From Chiloscyllium plagiosum (Eukaryota): a stretch of 52,046 nucleotides of DNA. The notes under the pieces were generated by a model. That model made no database searches, was not told where the DNA came from, and saw only the letters and a list, made by a program, of their open reading frames with translations. Positions 49,141 through 52,046 of the stretch are shown piece after piece; within the stretch, counting starts at the first letter, position 1; each line of letters begins with the position of its first letter. The position numbers and the translations under genes are program-made. Where the stretch lies: positions 40,996,969-41,049,014 of the forward strand of contig NC_057719.1 of assembly GCF_004010195.1 (NCBI RefSeq), read 5' to 3'.

Positions 49141-51400
49141 TTTTTTTATTTTCATTCATTCATGGGACACGGGCAATCTTGGCTACCCAGCATTTATTGC
49201 TTGTCCCTAATTGCCCTTGAGAAGGTGGTGGTGAGCTGCCTTCTTTAACCGCTGCAGTCCACCTGCTGTGGGTTGACACACAATGCCATGAGGGAGAGAA
49301 TTCCTGGATTTTGACCCAGTGACAGTGAATGAACGGTGATATATTTCCAAGTCAGGTGGTGAGTGGTTTGGAGGGGAGTTTGCAGGTGGTGGTGTTTTCA
49401 TGTAACTAGATGTAAGCGGTCATGGGTTTGGAAGGTCCTGTATGAGGATGTTTGGAGAATTTCTGTAGTGCATCATGTAGACAGTACTCACTGCAATGAC
49501 TGAGCATCAGTAGTGGAGGGAGTGAGTGCTTGTGGATGCTGTGCCAATCAAGTGGCTGCTTTGTCCCAAATGGTGTCAAACTTCTTGAGTGTTGTTTGAG
49601 TTGTATCCATTCCAGGCAAGTGGGGAATATTCCATCATACTCTTGACTTGTGCCTTATAGATGATGGACAGGTTTTGCAGAGTCAGGAAGTGAGTTACTC
49701 TCTGCAGTATCCCTAGTCTCTGACCTGCTCTTGTAGCCACTATATTTATTTGGTGAGTCCAGCTGTGTTTCTCATCAATGGTAACCCCCAGGATGTTGAT
49801 ATAGAGATATTCAGTGATGGTAATAACATTGAATATCATTGTCTTGCATTGGTGTGGCATGAATGTTACTTGCTACTTGTCAGGCCAAACCTGGATATTG
49901 TCCAGATCTTGTTGTAGTTGAACATGGACTCCTCAGATACTTAGTAGTCATGAATGATGCTGAACATTGTGCAATCATGGGCAAACATTCCCACTTCTGG
50001 CATTATGATGGAGAGAAGGTCATTGATGAAGCAGCTGACGACAGTTGGACCTAAGACACTATCCTGAGGAACTCCTGAAGAGATGTCCTGGGATGGAGAC
50101 GACTGACCTTCAACAACCTTAAATATCTTCATTTGTGCTAGGGTATCAGTGAGCCAAATATTGCTAAGCATGTGCTGTATGATTGCACAGTGATGACCCC
50201 TTCCATTACTTCAACAATAATCAAGAATAGACTGATGAGGAGATAACTGGCTATGTTAGAATAGTCCTGCTTTTTGCATACAGGAGATACCTGGATAATT
50301 TTCCACATTGTCGGGCAGATGCCAGAGTTATTACTGCATTGGAAGATCTTGGCTAGGGGAGTTGCAAGTTCTGGAGCTCTTCAGTACTATTGCTGGAATA
50401 TTATCAGGGCTCATAACCTTTACAGTATTGAGTGCCTTCAGCATTTTCTTGATATCATGTGGAGTGAATGGAATTTGCTGATGACTGGCACTTATCACAC
50501 AAGGCGCCTTCAGAGGAGGTTGAGATAGATCATCTGCTTGGTATTCCTTGCTGAAGAATTTTGGAATGCTTCACCTTTATCTTTTGTACTGATGTACTGG
50601 GCTCCTATTTGTGGAGCCTCCAGAGTCTTATTTAACTATCTGCTGTCAATCACAACAAAATGTAACAGGATTTCAGCAGTTGTGGATCATAGAATCCCTC
50701 CAGCGTGGAAACAGATCATTCGGCCCAACAAGCTCACATTGACCCTCTAAAGAGTAAACCATCCAGACCCATTCCCCTACCCTACACTTACCCCTGACTA
50801 ATGCACCTAACTTACACACCCATGAACAATATGGGCAATTTAGCATGGCCAATTCATCTAACTTGCACATCTTTGGACTGTGGGAGGAAATCCATACAGA
50901 CACGAGGAAGATGCGCAAACTCCATACAGACAGTCACTCAAGGCTGGAATCAAACCTGGGTCCCTGGTGCTGTGAGGCACCAGTGCTAACCACTGTACCA
51001 CTCCAACAGGATCTCATGATCCTGACTGCTATTTGTTGCTTATGTTGTTTGGTATGCAAGTAGTCCTGTGTTGTAACTTCACCAGGCTGACATCTCATTC
51101 TTAGGAATGTGTGGTGTTGCTCCTGCCATTCCTTCCTGTTCTCTTTGCTGAACCAGGGTTGTTTCCCTGGCTTGACAGTAATGGTAGAACAGAGGGTATG
51201 CCAGGCCATGATTTTGCAAATTATGTTTGAGTATGATTCTGTTGCTGTTGCCATCAACCACCTCATGGATATCCAATTCTGAGTTGCTAGATTTGTTCAA
51301 AGTCTATTTCATTTAGCACAGTGATAGTGTCTCACAACTCAATGAAGGACACCCTCAGTGTAAAGGTGAGACATCATTTTCATAAAGGCTGCGTGGTGGT
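49141..51400 (-). mobile_element. CR1/L2-group LINE, decayed ORF2, interrupted by an HE1-like SINE
   Basis: SGVPQDSVLGPTVVSCFINDL...MFAHDCT; ILGVTIDEKHSW...IYKAQVKSMMEYSPLAW; T-run and tail at 49141-49230. Confidence 0.9.
50687..51003 (-). mobile_element. HE1-like V-SINE (with internal deletion)
   Basis: Head tggtacagtggttagcactggtgcctcacagcaccagggacccaggtttgattcc on minus; V-domain; CR1-like tail. Confidence 0.9.
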
Positions 51401-51463
51401 GTGGTTATTTTTAATGTGGTAAAGTACATTTTTGCTGCATGATAGTTCCCTCACCACCTGCTA

Positions 51464-51606
51464 CAGACCTCATTCCCCTACTCTACATTTACCCCTGACT
51501 AATGCACCTAACTTACACACCCTTGAACAATATGGGCAATTTAGCATGGCCAATTCATCTAACTTGCATATCTTTGGACTGTGGGAGGAAATCCATACAG
51601 ACACGA
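51464..51606 (-). repeat. Local duplicate of the HE1 segment 50764-50905
   Basis: Near-identical and shares the same private deletion (gggaggaaatccatacagacacga). Confidence 0.85.
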
Positions 51607-51617
51607 TGAAGCACTCT

Positions 51618-52046
51618 TTGCTAGCACTCTTCGGGGGGGTTTAAACTAATTTGGCAGGGGGATGGGATCCGGACTTGTAGTCCAGCAAGTAGGCTATCTG
51701 TTTGTCAGGATGTCCAAGAATGTAGGGAGGCTGTGGAGAAGGTAGCACTGACAGGGAATACTTGCAGACGCAGAGATGGTTTCAAGTGTGTATACTTCAA
51801 CACAAGGAGTATCAGAAATAAGGTGGGTGAACGGTACCTGGGACTACGATGTTGTGGCCATCACGGAAACGTGAGTAGAAGAGGGACAGGAATGGTTGTT
51901 GGAAGTTCCTGGTTACAGATGTTTCAGTAAGATTAGGGAAGGTGGTAAAAAAGGAGTGGGTGTGGCGTTGCTAATTAGCAATGGTATAACGGCTGCAGAA
52001 AGGCAGTTAGAGGGGGATCTGCCTTTGGAGGTAGTATGGGCTGAAG
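51618..52046 (+). mobile_element. CR1 LINE: end of ORF1 and start of the ORF2 APE endonuclease (runs off the window)
   Basis: gggggtttaaactaatttggcagggggatggg junction; FKCVYFNTRSIRNKVGE; WDYDVVAITET*; PGYRCFSKIREGGKKGVGVALLI. Confidence 0.9.

Noticed and set aside
1..52046. CRISPR arrays, operons or prokaryotic defence systems (retron-like RT)
   Set aside because: The sequence is vertebrate-like; the RTs are PLE and LINE types; no regularly spaced repeat-spacer array

Overview
Eukaryotic, repeat-rich, apparently intronic or intergenic DNA. It is most likely from a cartilaginous fish (inferred from HE1-type V-SINEs, shark-type CR1 LINEs and abundant Penelope-like elements). I could not identify any intact host protein-coding exon; every recognisable ORF is transposon-derived and decayed. 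Contents: (i) seven Penelope-like element (PLE) insertions from at least two families, plus one fold-back remnant; several have clear target-site duplications and inverted architecture; (ii) nine minimal hammerhead-ribozyme motifs (CUGANGA-stem II-GAAA) in the PLE terminal repeats, with compensatory stem II changes, including a 95-bp ribozyme-plus-tail insertion with a 14-bp TSD and a head-to-head ribozyme pair; (iii) many CR1 fragments (ORF1 esterase, APE endonuclease, RT and 3' ends); (iv) a second CR1/L2-group LINE family with a partner SINE; (v) a decayed Gypsy pol (RNase H-integrase) with nested insertions; (vi) a decayed, intron-containing Myb/SANT gene of probable PIF/Harbinger origin; (vii) a 353-nt assembly gap. 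All calls come from reading the sequence by eye, with no database searches, and boundaries of old elements are approximate.
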